Counted from the stretch's first letter, positions 17,655-25,914 are shown. The stretch is 30,033 nucleotides of DNA from Bdellovibrionota bacterium (GCA_044356455.1 JBIKWF010000047.1:1-30033), one strand, 5' to 3'. Numbers and translations are program-made. Notes: generated from the sequence alone by a model not told the origin.

Positions 17655-19502
17655 GTGACGCTTTCGATTCGATCGAATAGCAACGCACTCAAAGCTGGGC
17701 GCGCCCTCGCAGATAGCGAGCGAGCGGTGTCGCGCGTATTCGAGCGCCTATCTTCGGGGCAGCGCATCAATCGTGCGAGCGATGACTCCGCTGGGCTCTC
17801 CGTAGCAAGTACTCTTTCGGCGCGTTCGCGTGTGTACGGCCAGGGAGTAAGAAATCTAAACGACGGCATCAGCCTGCTCAACATTGCTGACGGAACTCTT
17901 GGGGTAGTTTCATCTACCGTAGATAGGCTCAAAGAACTTGCGGAGCAGGCAGCCAATGGGACCTACTCAACTACGCAGCGTGTTGCACTTCAGAGAGAGG
18001 CGGACCAGCTTGTGGGGGAGTTCAACCGCCAGCTAGGGGCTACGTCGTTTAATGATCGTGCGCTCCTTAATGGCCTATTCGGGAACCTCGCGATTCAAGC
18101 AGGTAGTGGTACGGGTGCGGTGGTTCAATCAAATGTCGGAGGACTGCTCCAGCGCTCCATCGGCGACAGGACATTTACGGACGGAACTCGTATCGACACT
18201 GGAAGCACCAGCATTTCTGATATGGAATCGGCGGATGTCAACGGAGATGGGCTTGATGACCTTGTGGTGCTTGATAATGGGACCACGCTCTCAGTGTATC
18301 TGCAGCAAAGCGACGGAACTTTCGGGACGGCAACTTCGACTGCCACAAACGGTACTATGCTTGCTCTCGGAGATTTCGACGGTGATGGGCGAATCGACTT
18401 TGCGGTGGGAAAGAGTACTGGCGCGCTTACCATTCATACCGGGAATGGGTCTGGGGGGGCTTCCTCGGGTTCAAGTCTAACAGTCGGAACTGCGATTACG
18501 GACCTGCAGGTGGCAGATCTGAATGGCGACGGGCGAAGCGACCTTGGAGCTCTCACAAGTTCGTCCGTGGTGGGATTTTACAATTCAGGTTCGGCGCTTT
18601 CGGCTCCGGCTACAACGCTCCTGTCTTACTCGGGAGGCGGGACCCTCTCGGCGTTTAAGCTTGCGGATGTTACGGGAGACGGGGCGGCAGATATTATCAC
18701 TGGCAGCTCTACGGGCGTTATTTCCTCTTACGCGCGGGGTACTACCGGTGCCTATTCATTAGGAGGGGCCCATACTCGTGCCGGTGGCTTGGAGATTTCC
18801 GCGATTCAGGTCGGCGACCTGAATCGTGACGGGAATGTCGACATAGTCGCCGTCGGGCAAAATCATTTGACCTCACTTGCGGGGAACGGGGCGGGCGGAG
18901 TTTCCTTTATCGCAACGGGAGGTAATAAGGGGAAAGAGCTTCACCTCGCCGATGTAAATGGAGACGGATTACTTGATGCTGTGGGGAGTTTCGATGGGAG
19001 TATAGTTATTTCTTTTGGAAACCTAGACGGAACTTTTACTGCATCGTCGGAAGCTCCGTCGACAGCGTATGAGGGCGCCGTTTCGCGAGTAGTGATTGGG
19101 GATTATAATCGCGACGGTATTCTCGATGTTATTTCATCTTCCGGCACAAAGATCGGCTTTCAATATGGAAATAGCACCACCACTACCACCGCTCAGTACG
19201 TTACCCTAACCACTCAGTCAGGGGCGCAAAGTGCACTCTCCACGCTCGAGTCGCTTGCGCAGCGCATTGCGAATGAGCGAGGACGAATTGGCGCAATGCA
19301 AAGCAGATTGGAGGTAGCTGCAAATGTCCTACAGTCGGCGCGAGATAATTTTATAGCAGCGGCGAGCCGAATTACTGATGCTGATGTAGGGCTTGAAACA
19401 TCTGAGCTCGTGCGTCAGCAGATTCTTCAGAAATCTGGTGCGGCTGTGCTTGCGCAAGCGAATCAAGAGCCTTCGCTGGTGCTCAAATTGCTCGCAGCCT
19501 AG
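17655..19502 (+). CDS. fliC: Flagellin with seven FG-GAP/VCBS repeats in the hypervariable region
   Basis: Flagellin N: ERLSSGQRINRASDDSAGL, RN.NDGISL, RLKELA.QAANG; C: RGRIGAMQSRL, SRITDADV..E, QILQ....VLAQAN; seven D-x-(N/D/T)-x-DG-x-x-D motifs. Confidence 0.93.
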   Translation: MTLSIRSNSNALKAGRALADSERAVSRVFERLSSGQRINRASDDSAGLSVASTLSARSRVYGQGVRNLNDGISLLNIADGTLGVVSSTVDRLKELAEQAANGTYSTTQRVALQREADQLVGEFNRQLGATSFNDRALLNGLFGNLAIQAGSGTGAVVQSNVGGLLQRSIGDRTFTDGTRIDTGSTSISDMESADVNGDGLDDLVVLDNGTTLSVYLQQSDGTFGTATSTATNGTMLALGDFDGDGRIDFAVGKSTGALTIHTGNGSGGASSGSSLTVGTAITDLQVADLNGDGRSDLGALTSSSVVGFYNSGSALSAPATTLLSYSGGGTLSAFKLADVTGDGAADIITGSSTGVISSYARGTTGAYSLGGAHTRAGGLEISAIQVGDLNRDGNVDIVAVGQNHLTSLAGNGAGGVSFIATGGNKGKELHLADVNGDGLLDAVGSFDGSIVISFGNLDGTFTASSEAPSTAYEGAVSRVVIGDYNRDGILDVISSSGTKIGFQYGNSTTTTTAQYVTLTTQSGAQSALSTLESLAQRIANERGRIGAMQSRLEVAANVLQSARDNFIAAASRITDADVGLETSELVRQQILQKSGAAVLAQANQEPSLVLKLLAA

Positions 19503-19564
19503 GAGTGTGTTCCGTAGAAATGTAATTCTGTATTTTGAACACATTCCGAGGGGGCGGTTGTGCC
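19503..19564. mobile_element. Truncated family C element (inverted relative to the 20750 copy)
   Basis: CTAG|GAGTGTGTTCCGTAGAAATGTAATTCTGTATTTTGAACACATTCCG aligns to the reverse complement of the right part of 20750-20858. Confidence 0.8.
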
Positions 19565-19571
19565 AATCTCG

Positions 19572-20510
19572 TTATTCTTGTCCCTTGGCGATCTTATCGA
19601 GGGTTTCAGCATCTCCCTCAGTGTAGAAGTGATCCCCTCGCTCCAAGCGCAGCGAGGCGATTTGTTCGGCAATCATGCCCAGCATGAAAACAATAACCGA
19701 TGAGTTAATCATCAGGTGGGACATATTGGTAAATTGGTGGGTGAGGACATAGGTGTACACGTAGCGAAGAATTCCGAGGAAAAAGAGGAAGGAGCTAAGG
19801 GGGATAAAGATGCGAAGAGGGGAGAACGTCATCGCAATTTTCATGATGATAATCAGGAATTCAAAGCCATCGTGGATAAGCCGAATTTTACTTTTGCCGA
19901 TTCGATAGCGGGTTTGAATGGGTACGTAGGTAACGGACCGCCCTGATCGTAAAAAGGCGAGAGTCGAGGTCGTCGGATACGAGAAAGTATTGGGAAGCAT
20001 GTCACAGAAGCGCAGGGCATCTGCGCGACGCATTACACGAAAGCCGCTCGTGAGGTCTTTGATGGGAAAGGTTGCAATAAAGGAAGCGAGCTTATTGTAG
20101 AGCAGATTGGCTGCATCTCGATGCCAAGACGTTTCGGAGCCTTTGGCGCGCGCGCCCACCACCATATGATATTTTGAGATTTGTGAAAGGAGCCGAGGAA
20201 TGTCTTCAGGGTCGTGTTGTCCATCCCCGTCTAGGAAAACGAGCACAGCTCCATGGGATGCCCGAATGCCGCTCTTTACGGCAGCCCCATTTCCAATGTT
20301 GTAAGGGTGGCGGATGACCCTGGCGCCGTGTTTCTGGGCCACTTCTGCCGTTTCGTCCGAACTCCCGTCGTCTACCACGAGGAGTTCGCTATGAGGAATT
20401 GAGAGCTTGGTAATTCTGTCGAGCGTAGCGCCAATCGCCTGCGCTTCGTTAAAGGCAGGGATAATTATTGAAACTAAGATACTGCTAGTGTGCGAAGACG
20501 TGGAAACCAT
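19572..20510 (-). CDS. GT2 glycosyltransferase (DPM1/GtrB-like) with two C-terminal TM helices
   Basis: SIIIPAFNE, VVDDGSSD, DGDGQH, DLTSGFR, R.GKSK; ATG 20510 preferred over TTG 20534. Confidence 0.9.
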   Translation of the reverse strand: MVSTSSHTSSILVSIIIPAFNEAQAIGATLDRITKLSIPHSELLVVDDGSSDETAEVAQKHGARVIRHPYNIGNGAAVKSGIRASHGAVLVFLDGDGQHDPEDIPRLLSQISKYHMVVGARAKGSETSWHRDAANLLYNKLASFIATFPIKDLTSGFRVMRRADALRFCDMLPNTFSYPTTSTLAFLRSGRSVTYVPIQTRYRIGKSKIRLIHDGFEFLIIIMKIAMTFSPLRIFIPLSSFLFFLGILRYVYTYVLTHQFTNMSHLMINSSVIVFMLGMIAEQIASLRLERGDHFYTEGDAETLDKIAKGQE

Positions 20511-20616
20511 ATAGATAGGAGTAGTTGTAGCCAAGAAGATGCTCGAGGGCTAGGAGCCTATTTCCCTAGTTCTAAAAGGCCTCGAAGAGTGCTCGAGTGA
20601 GGGGGGCTCTAACTAG

Positions 20617-20745
20617 GGAACCTCTGAAAAACTTACCTCTGTGTACCTCTGCGTCCTCTTTGGTGAATTGCTTGATAAAATTTCACCACAGAGGACGCAG
20701 AGGTACACAGAGGTGTATTAAGAATGGAGGTTTTTCAGAGGTCCC
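20617..20745. mobile_element. Family B MITE (129 bp), IS5-like ends
   Basis: TIRs GGAACCTCTGAAAAAC / GTTTTTCAGAGGTCCC (15/16); flanks CTAG / CTGG; long internal palindrome ACCTCTGTGTACCTCTGCGTCCTCT..GGTGAA / TTCACC..AGAGGACGCAGAGGTACACAGAGGT. Confidence 0.88.
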
Positions 20746-20749
20746 CTGG

Positions 20750-20858
20750 GAGTCTGTCCCGTAGAAAATTCCTGCCACTACATGTTGTGGTGGCAGCGGG
20801 ACAGCCCACCTACGGATTGTGTCCAAAATGAAGATTTATGTTTCTACGGGACACACTC
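20750..20858. mobile_element. Family C MITE (109 bp)
   Basis: TIRs GAGTCTGTCCCGTAGAAA / TTTCTACGGGACACACTC (17/18); flanks CTGG / CTAG. Confidence 0.85.
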
Positions 20859-20887
20859 CTAGCCCAAAGGCTGGTAAATATCCCCTT

Positions 20888-20956
20888 CTCTTCGTGTTCT
20901 CTGTGTTCTTAGTGGTTGTTTTTAAAAACCACTAAGAACACAGAGAACACGAAGAG
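20888..20956. repeat. Free-standing family D palindrome: perfect 30-bp inverted repeat, 9-nt loop
   Basis: CTCTTCGTGTTCTCTGTGTTCTTAGTGGTT-GTTTTTAAA-AACCACTAAGAACACAGAGAACACGAAGAG. Confidence 0.92.
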
Positions 20957-20986
20957 GAGTATTTGAGGGGTTTCTTAGTTCATTCT

Positions 20987-22081
20987 ATGCGAGTCCTTTT
21001 CTCCTATCATCGCCACAAGCCCGGTGGCTTCTGCAAGCGTCTTTACCGGGGCATGAATGCCCTTGCGGAGCGGGGCCACGAGGTCTTCTACCTCACGGCG
21101 GAGCCGCCGGCTCAGGGCCTAAGTCCCAAGGTTCGAGTTCTTCCGCTTGTATTTGGACGGCCCTCGGGAGCCTTTACCTGGGTAGGATTCTATTTTCTGG
21201 GTGCTCTTCAAGCCGCATTTCTCTCAAGGCGATATCGTATCGACCGCTTAGTCGCTTTTGGTCCCTTTTATTCAGCCATGCTCAAGTTGGCGTCTCTTGT
21301 CTCTGGTGCGCCCGTGGTTTTGTTTGTGCGGAGTCGGCTTGGGGTTTCTTCCCCTCGTGGCTGGATTTTTGATTGGATGTTCCAGCGTGCAGATTGGATT
21401 GGGCTTAGATGCGCCAAGGTTGTTGTGGTGCTGACTGAGGTTATGAAGTCTTATATTCAAGAGCTGTTGCCGCGAAATTCTCGTGCCACGATTGTGAATC
21501 TTCCCAATGATATTAATGTCCTTCATCCCCTTGTGCTTTCTCGTGCTCCCAAGGAGAAGGCTTATATCGCACTGACGTTAGGGGCATTCTCGGAGACCAA
21601 AAATCTTTCTTTTCTTCTCGAGGCTTTTTCTGAGCTAAGGGCATTCGGGTCTGACGCGTGGCAGCTTAAAGTGGTGGGGCGAGGAGACGCGCTTGCCGCC
21701 TTTGAAGCGGAGGTTAAGTCCCGCGGGCTCACTTCGATTGAGGTAATCCCTTGGGTCACGCAGGTCGACTCACTATTCGAAAAAGCTGCGCTTCTTCTCC
21801 ATCCTTCGCGTCATGAAGGCATGCCTAATGTTGTACTGGAGGCCATGGCGTTTGGTCTTCCTGTGCTCTGTGCTGATATTCCTGAGCTACGAGAACTTAT
21901 GGGCGACGAGCGCTGCCTTATGCCTATAAATGAACCTCGGGCCTTGGCGGAGAGGCTCTTGAGGATGGCAGAAGATCCTCGGCTTCTTCAGGAGCTTGGA
22001 GCTCTTATCCACAGGAGGGCTGGAGAGCTAGTATTCGATTGGAATGGCAGGTTTGAGCAAATTGTAGTGAATTTAAGATAA
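20987..22081 (+). CDS. GT4 (GT-B fold) glycosyltransferase
   Basis: GG..K, L.ERGHEV, K.L..LL.AF, PSRHEGMPNVVLEAMAFGLPV (ExxxxxxxE); ATG 20987 preferred. Confidence 0.9.
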   Translation: MRVLFSYHRHKPGGFCKRLYRGMNALAERGHEVFYLTAEPPAQGLSPKVRVLPLVFGRPSGAFTWVGFYFLGALQAAFLSRRYRIDRLVAFGPFYSAMLKLASLVSGAPVVLFVRSRLGVSSPRGWIFDWMFQRADWIGLRCAKVVVVLTEVMKSYIQELLPRNSRATIVNLPNDINVLHPLVLSRAPKEKAYIALTLGAFSETKNLSFLLEAFSELRAFGSDAWQLKVVGRGDALAAFEAEVKSRGLTSIEVIPWVTQVDSLFEKAALLLHPSRHEGMPNVVLEAMAFGLPVLCADIPELRELMGDERCLMPINEPRALAERLLRMAEDPRLLQELGALIHRRAGELVFDWNGRFEQIVVNLR

Positions 22082-22187
22082 ATGTTTACAATTTTAATCT
22101 AATTGGAGATAAACTTAAGCTAAGTTCGTCGATTTTTATTTATTCGGCTTTTTTTTAATAACCCCATTTTTCGCCCCTGGAGAGGTC

Positions 22188-23642
22188 ATGACTGAGCAAA
22201 AGAGCACCACGCAGCTACGCCATTTTCTTGAAATTCCTTATGACGAGCTCGAAGAGCTCAATCTCCAAGCCAAAGAAAAGCAACTTGCTCGGCGTAAGCC
22301 CGATGAACTTCGAGAGCACTACATTAAGTATTTAAACGACGAGAAGCGTATTAAGGCAGTAACCGTTGGGTTCACTGACCTTGAAGGGCGCTTTCACATG
22401 CTCGACTACGATAAGAAGTTTCTTCTTAAGTCGTATGACAATCTAACCTTTGACGGGTCTTCCATTCGCGGTTTCTCGGTCGTGCGCGAGTCGGATTTAA
22501 GGCTTGATATTGATTGGGGTACGCTCCGGTGGCTTCCTTCCGATGTGTTCGGACCAGGGAAAGTCTTGGTGTTCGGGCTCATTAAGGGACAGGATGGCTC
22601 GGGATATTCCTCTGATATGCGAGGGCGCCTGAAGCATTTCGTTGACGAGCTTCATCAGCGCGATGGGACTCAGACCGCGGTTGCAGTTGAATGCGAGGGA
22701 TTCCTTTTTGAGGGAATTAACGCTGAGCAGTCCTTTAACGATTCAACGCCCTTTAAGCTTGTTTCTCCGGGTGGCTACTATCATAGTCTTCCCAAAGATC
22801 CTTTGAAGCTATTTATTGATGCCTTAGCCGAGGCTCAGCGTGCGCTTGGTTTTGAAAATGAAAAGGATCATCCAGAGGTCGCTCCTTCGCAGTTCGAGCT
22901 TAATTATAAATATACCGATGCACTCGTCGCAGCGGATCAGATTCAGCTTTATAAGCTTACCGCGCGTCAGGTTGCGGCGAATATGGGCATGACCGCGTGT
23001 TTCTTGCCCAAGCCAATTGCCGGAATCAATGGAAGCGGAATGCATGTGAATCTTTCGCTTTCGAAGAATGGAAAGAATTTGTTCTGGGATCCTAAGGGTG
23101 AGGACAATCTTGCTGAGGGAGCCTGGAGCTTTGTTGATAGACTTCTCAACAACGCGAACGATATTTGCCTCATCATGAATTCGAGCGTTAATGCGTATCG
23201 CCGCCTCGATCCGCACTTCGAAGCTCCGAATCAGATTAAGGCTTCGGCGGTAGATAGGACCTCCATGGTTCGCATTCCGCTAGGGAATGAGAAATCGGCG
23301 CGCATTGAAGTGCGAACCGTAGCTCCTGATTCAAATCCCTATATGACGTTCCTTGCGATACTCGCGACGGGACTCAATGGCCCGATGACGGAGACGCTTA
23401 ATTCAGAGAATCGACGTTCGCGGACTCGGTTCCTTCCTGGGAACGTGTATGACGCAATCCGTCTCATGAAGGGCAGTGCGTTTGTCTCGGAGGTCTTTGG
23501 AGAGGAGAACAAAGAGAAGTTCCTTGAGCGTAAGCTGTTCTCTGCGGATAGGTGCCCTAAGGAGCTTGGAACGGTGGTAAAGACCAGCGAAGTGATCTTC
23601 CATCACGAAGTGACGAACCAGTACTTACTGTCTAAGTTCTAA
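22188..23642 (+). CDS. glnA: Glutamine synthetase (type I-like)
   Basis: FDGSSI, ECEGF, HPEVAPSQFE, PKPIAGINGSGMH, NAYRRL.P.FEAP, RTSMVRIP, RIEVR; GGAGAGG SD and AT-rich upstream region. Confidence 0.9.
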   Translation: MTEQKSTTQLRHFLEIPYDELEELNLQAKEKQLARRKPDELREHYIKYLNDEKRIKAVTVGFTDLEGRFHMLDYDKKFLLKSYDNLTFDGSSIRGFSVVRESDLRLDIDWGTLRWLPSDVFGPGKVLVFGLIKGQDGSGYSSDMRGRLKHFVDELHQRDGTQTAVAVECEGFLFEGINAEQSFNDSTPFKLVSPGGYYHSLPKDPLKLFIDALAEAQRALGFENEKDHPEVAPSQFELNYKYTDALVAADQIQLYKLTARQVAANMGMTACFLPKPIAGINGSGMHVNLSLSKNGKNLFWDPKGEDNLAEGAWSFVDRLLNNANDICLIMNSSVNAYRRLDPHFEAPNQIKASAVDRTSMVRIPLGNEKSARIEVRTVAPDSNPYMTFLAILATGLNGPMTETLNSENRRSRTRFLPGNVYDAIRLMKGSAFVSEVFGEENKEKFLERKLFSADRCPKELGTVVKTSEVIFHHEVTNQYLLSKF

Positions 23643-23667
23643 CGCGGCGTGGGTCACGCGCTCTACC
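23643..23667 (-). repeat. Variant GTAG REP immediately after the glnA stop
   Basis: Reverse strand reads GGTAG-AGC-GCGTG-ACC-CACGC-CGCG. Confidence 0.55.
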
Positions 23668-23695
23668 ATTTTCTTCGTCAGTTGATTGTACCTAT

Positions 23696-24321
23696 GGTAG
23701 GGCGCGCTGTCCCAGCGTGCCGAACAAATGCGGCGCCTATTCCACCTATGGTGGAAACTGCCCAATAAGAATAGCAAAGAAGAACACGCCGCGTGCCAGC
23801 ACGAGAGATCTTGCGGCGCCCTGGGGACAGGGCGCCCTACCTAGTGGCGCGGCGTTTCTGGTGGGGCTACCCCTCGCATCATCTCAGAGAACATGCGGAC
23901 GGGGTGCTTTTCCCCACCCCCAATGCCTCGCCTATGGGTAGGGCGCGCTGTCCCAGCGTGCCGAACAAATGCTGCGGAGCTTCCGTGGGTGGTGGCGATT
24001 CCGCATTCAACGAAGGGGATAAAAAGATGCCACGTGCCGGTACGAGAGATCTTGCGGCACCCTGGGGACAGGGCGCCCTACCTAGTGGTGCGGAGTTTTT
24101 AATGAGGCTACGAGTTCTTCGGCCCCCATCCTCTCAGAGAACATGCGGTCCTTGCCCCAAGATGCCTCGCCTATGGGTAGGGCGCGCTGTCCCAGCGTGC
24201 CGAACAAATGCAGCGCCTATTCCACTTGCGGTGGAAACTGCTCAATCAGAATACGGAAGAACAACACGCCGCGTGCCAGCACGAGAGATCTTGTGGCACC
24301 GCGGGGACGCGGCGCCCTACC
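23696..24321. repeat. Tandem array of three 146-bp REPIN-like units (BIME-like), period 241/239 bp
   Basis: Units 23696-23841, 23937-24082, 24176-24321; identical 36-bp left block, near-identical 54-bp right block, 56-bp variable core; related 95/93-bp linkers. Confidence 0.95.
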
Positions 24322-24387
24322 TAAGGGGCGGCGTTTCTGGCAGTGGCGTGGCTGCATTTGTAAGCCGCACGCCAGAGGCTGGGTGGG

Positions 24388-24990
24388 CTAGGGCTTCGCT
24401 CCGCCGTCATTCTGCGCAGTGACCGCTGGAGTAGGCTCGATCGAGAGGGGCTCCTTCGTGACCGCCATAAACACCTCCCCAACTCCAAATCCCCACTTGC
24501 TCGCCCATGCCCGGTTGAGAACGACTCCGTCACTTTTAAGGAACATCCAGTCGTCAAAGCTCAGGGTCCACACGCTATCACCGATTTTCTGCTTGAGCCG
24601 GTAGCTCCAGCGAAGCGCGTTCCCGTATGACTCGATCGTTCCGACCCCAACCAAGTCTTCTGTGCGCACTTCATACTCGTGTTCGTTTAGCTTTCGAATT
24701 TCAAAAACTCGCTGAGAACTTTCGCCACTGTCATATCGAAATTCCTCATGCAGTGTGAGAACGCCATCTTTCCAAGAGCCGTCGAGGAGGACCTCAAAGT
24801 GTGCCTGTGCATTGTTAAATCGGTCGAAGAATATTCCCCGGCCTTTTGTCTTCCCCACAAAAAACTCCTCGGGGATAAAGCGCGGCGCAGAGCCGTCAAA
24901 GTCCTTAGGCTGCATGGACGAGCAGCCCATGCTGAAGAGGATAAGTAGAGCTAAGCAATAGCGAAGGATGCTGCTTGTATGTTTTGGCAT
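24388..24990 (-). CDS. DUF3833 family lipoprotein
   Basis: Lipobox-like SMGC; F.PEEFF.G....G...DR, L.E.F.Y..G, GNAL.W.Y.L, FDDWM. Confidence 0.85.
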   Translation of the reverse strand: MPKHTSSILRYCLALLILFSMGCSSMQPKDFDGSAPRFIPEEFFVGKTKGRGIFFDRFNNAQAHFEVLLDGSWKDGVLTLHEEFRYDSGESSQRVFEIRKLNEHEYEVRTEDLVGVGTIESYGNALRWSYRLKQKIGDSVWTLSFDDWMFLKSDGVVLNRAWASKWGFGVGEVFMAVTKEPLSIEPTPAVTAQNDGGAKP

Positions 24991-25166
24991 AGCGAGTTCT
25001 CTGTCTTGTTACTGTTTCTGCTGACAAGAGCCGGGGCTTATGAACGAGAGGCTATCTCAGGTGAGGGCTGTGGGCTATTTCCCTCAGGGAGAGTTGCCCC
25101 CAGACGCTTCCTGTTTTTTCTTCCCCTGAGGATACTAAGAGAAATAACTTTGGGGAGGAATAGGCC

Positions 25167-25796
25167 ATGCAGAGAATCTGTGCGCTTCTGTTGTTGTTCC
25201 TCGTGGGCGGCACGTCGACGTGGGCAGTAGAAGTGAAAAATGAGCAGCATCGGGTATGCCTCGGCGAAACCTGCTTTCCTCGCTGTTCCGACATTTCAAA
25301 GCTGCCCATTTCAGGCGCTGCGCATTTCCGTTACTGGGGATTTCGAGTCTACTCCGCCGCACTTTATTACTCGCCGGAAAACGGAGCTTCGGCTGTTGAC
25401 CCTTTGGCAGCAGGTAATCTTGAGCTCAAGCTTTCGTACTACAGGTCTTTTGAGATAGAGGACTTTATAAAGAGCGGTGAGTCTCTTATGCAGGAGAATC
25501 CGCAAGTCAACTTTGAGCGAATTCGCACGCAGTCAGAACAGATGAACTCCCTCTACCGAGCGGTAAAACCGGGAGACTCTTATTCTATTTACTTTCGTTC
25601 AGGGAGAGGAATCGAGCTGAGATTAAATGGGGATCTGTTAGGGACCGTTCCGGGGGACGAGTTTGGAAGAGCATACCTCGGCGTGTGGCTTTCGAGCACA
25701 AGCATAAGCGAGAAGTTTACAAGAACAATTCTTTCGCCCGAGCGCGTGCGAATCCAAAACGGAGGTCGCGAGCTAACTGCCGCTGATTGTTCCTAA
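25167..25796 (+). CDS. Chalcone isomerase-like (Chalcone_3) secreted protein
   Basis: Signal peptide; F.YWGF.VY.AALY, L.L.Y.R, V.PGD, F...YLG.WL; GGAGG SD. Confidence 0.8.
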   Translation: MQRICALLLLFLVGGTSTWAVEVKNEQHRVCLGETCFPRCSDISKLPISGAAHFRYWGFRVYSAALYYSPENGASAVDPLAAGNLELKLSYYRSFEIEDFIKSGESLMQENPQVNFERIRTQSEQMNSLYRAVKPGDSYSIYFRSGRGIELRLNGDLLGTVPGDEFGRAYLGVWLSSTSISEKFTRTILSPERVRIQNGGRELTAADCS

Positions 25797-25907
25797 GGAG
25801 CCTCTGAAAAAACTCGATATTTTTTCTCTCTGTGTCCTCTGTGATTTTTCAACAATCTAAATGAGCCACCGAGGGCACAGGGATGACGGAGTGGACATTT
25901 CGGAAGG
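25797..25907. mobile_element. Family B MITE with decayed right end
   Basis: CTAA|GGAGCCTCTGAAAAAACTCGATAT...; collinear with 29036-29147 in the same orientation. Confidence 0.8.
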
Positions 25908-25914
25908 CGGCTGG

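Noticed and set aside
20775..20790. NrdR-box-like CCACTACATGTTGTGG
   Set aside because: Single copy inside a MITE hairpin with no nucleotide-reduction gene nearby
23696..24321. CRISPR array
   Set aside because: Period ~240 bp, variable segments are homologous to each other, only three units, and no cas genes in the window
23717..24422. ORFs of 69-209 aa across the array, plus ORFs at 1038-1337 and 4866-5222 sharing RRPGDRAPY-like peptides
   Set aside because: They are translations of GC-rich repeats; the frame shifts between units (period 241/239) and substitutions show no clear codon bias
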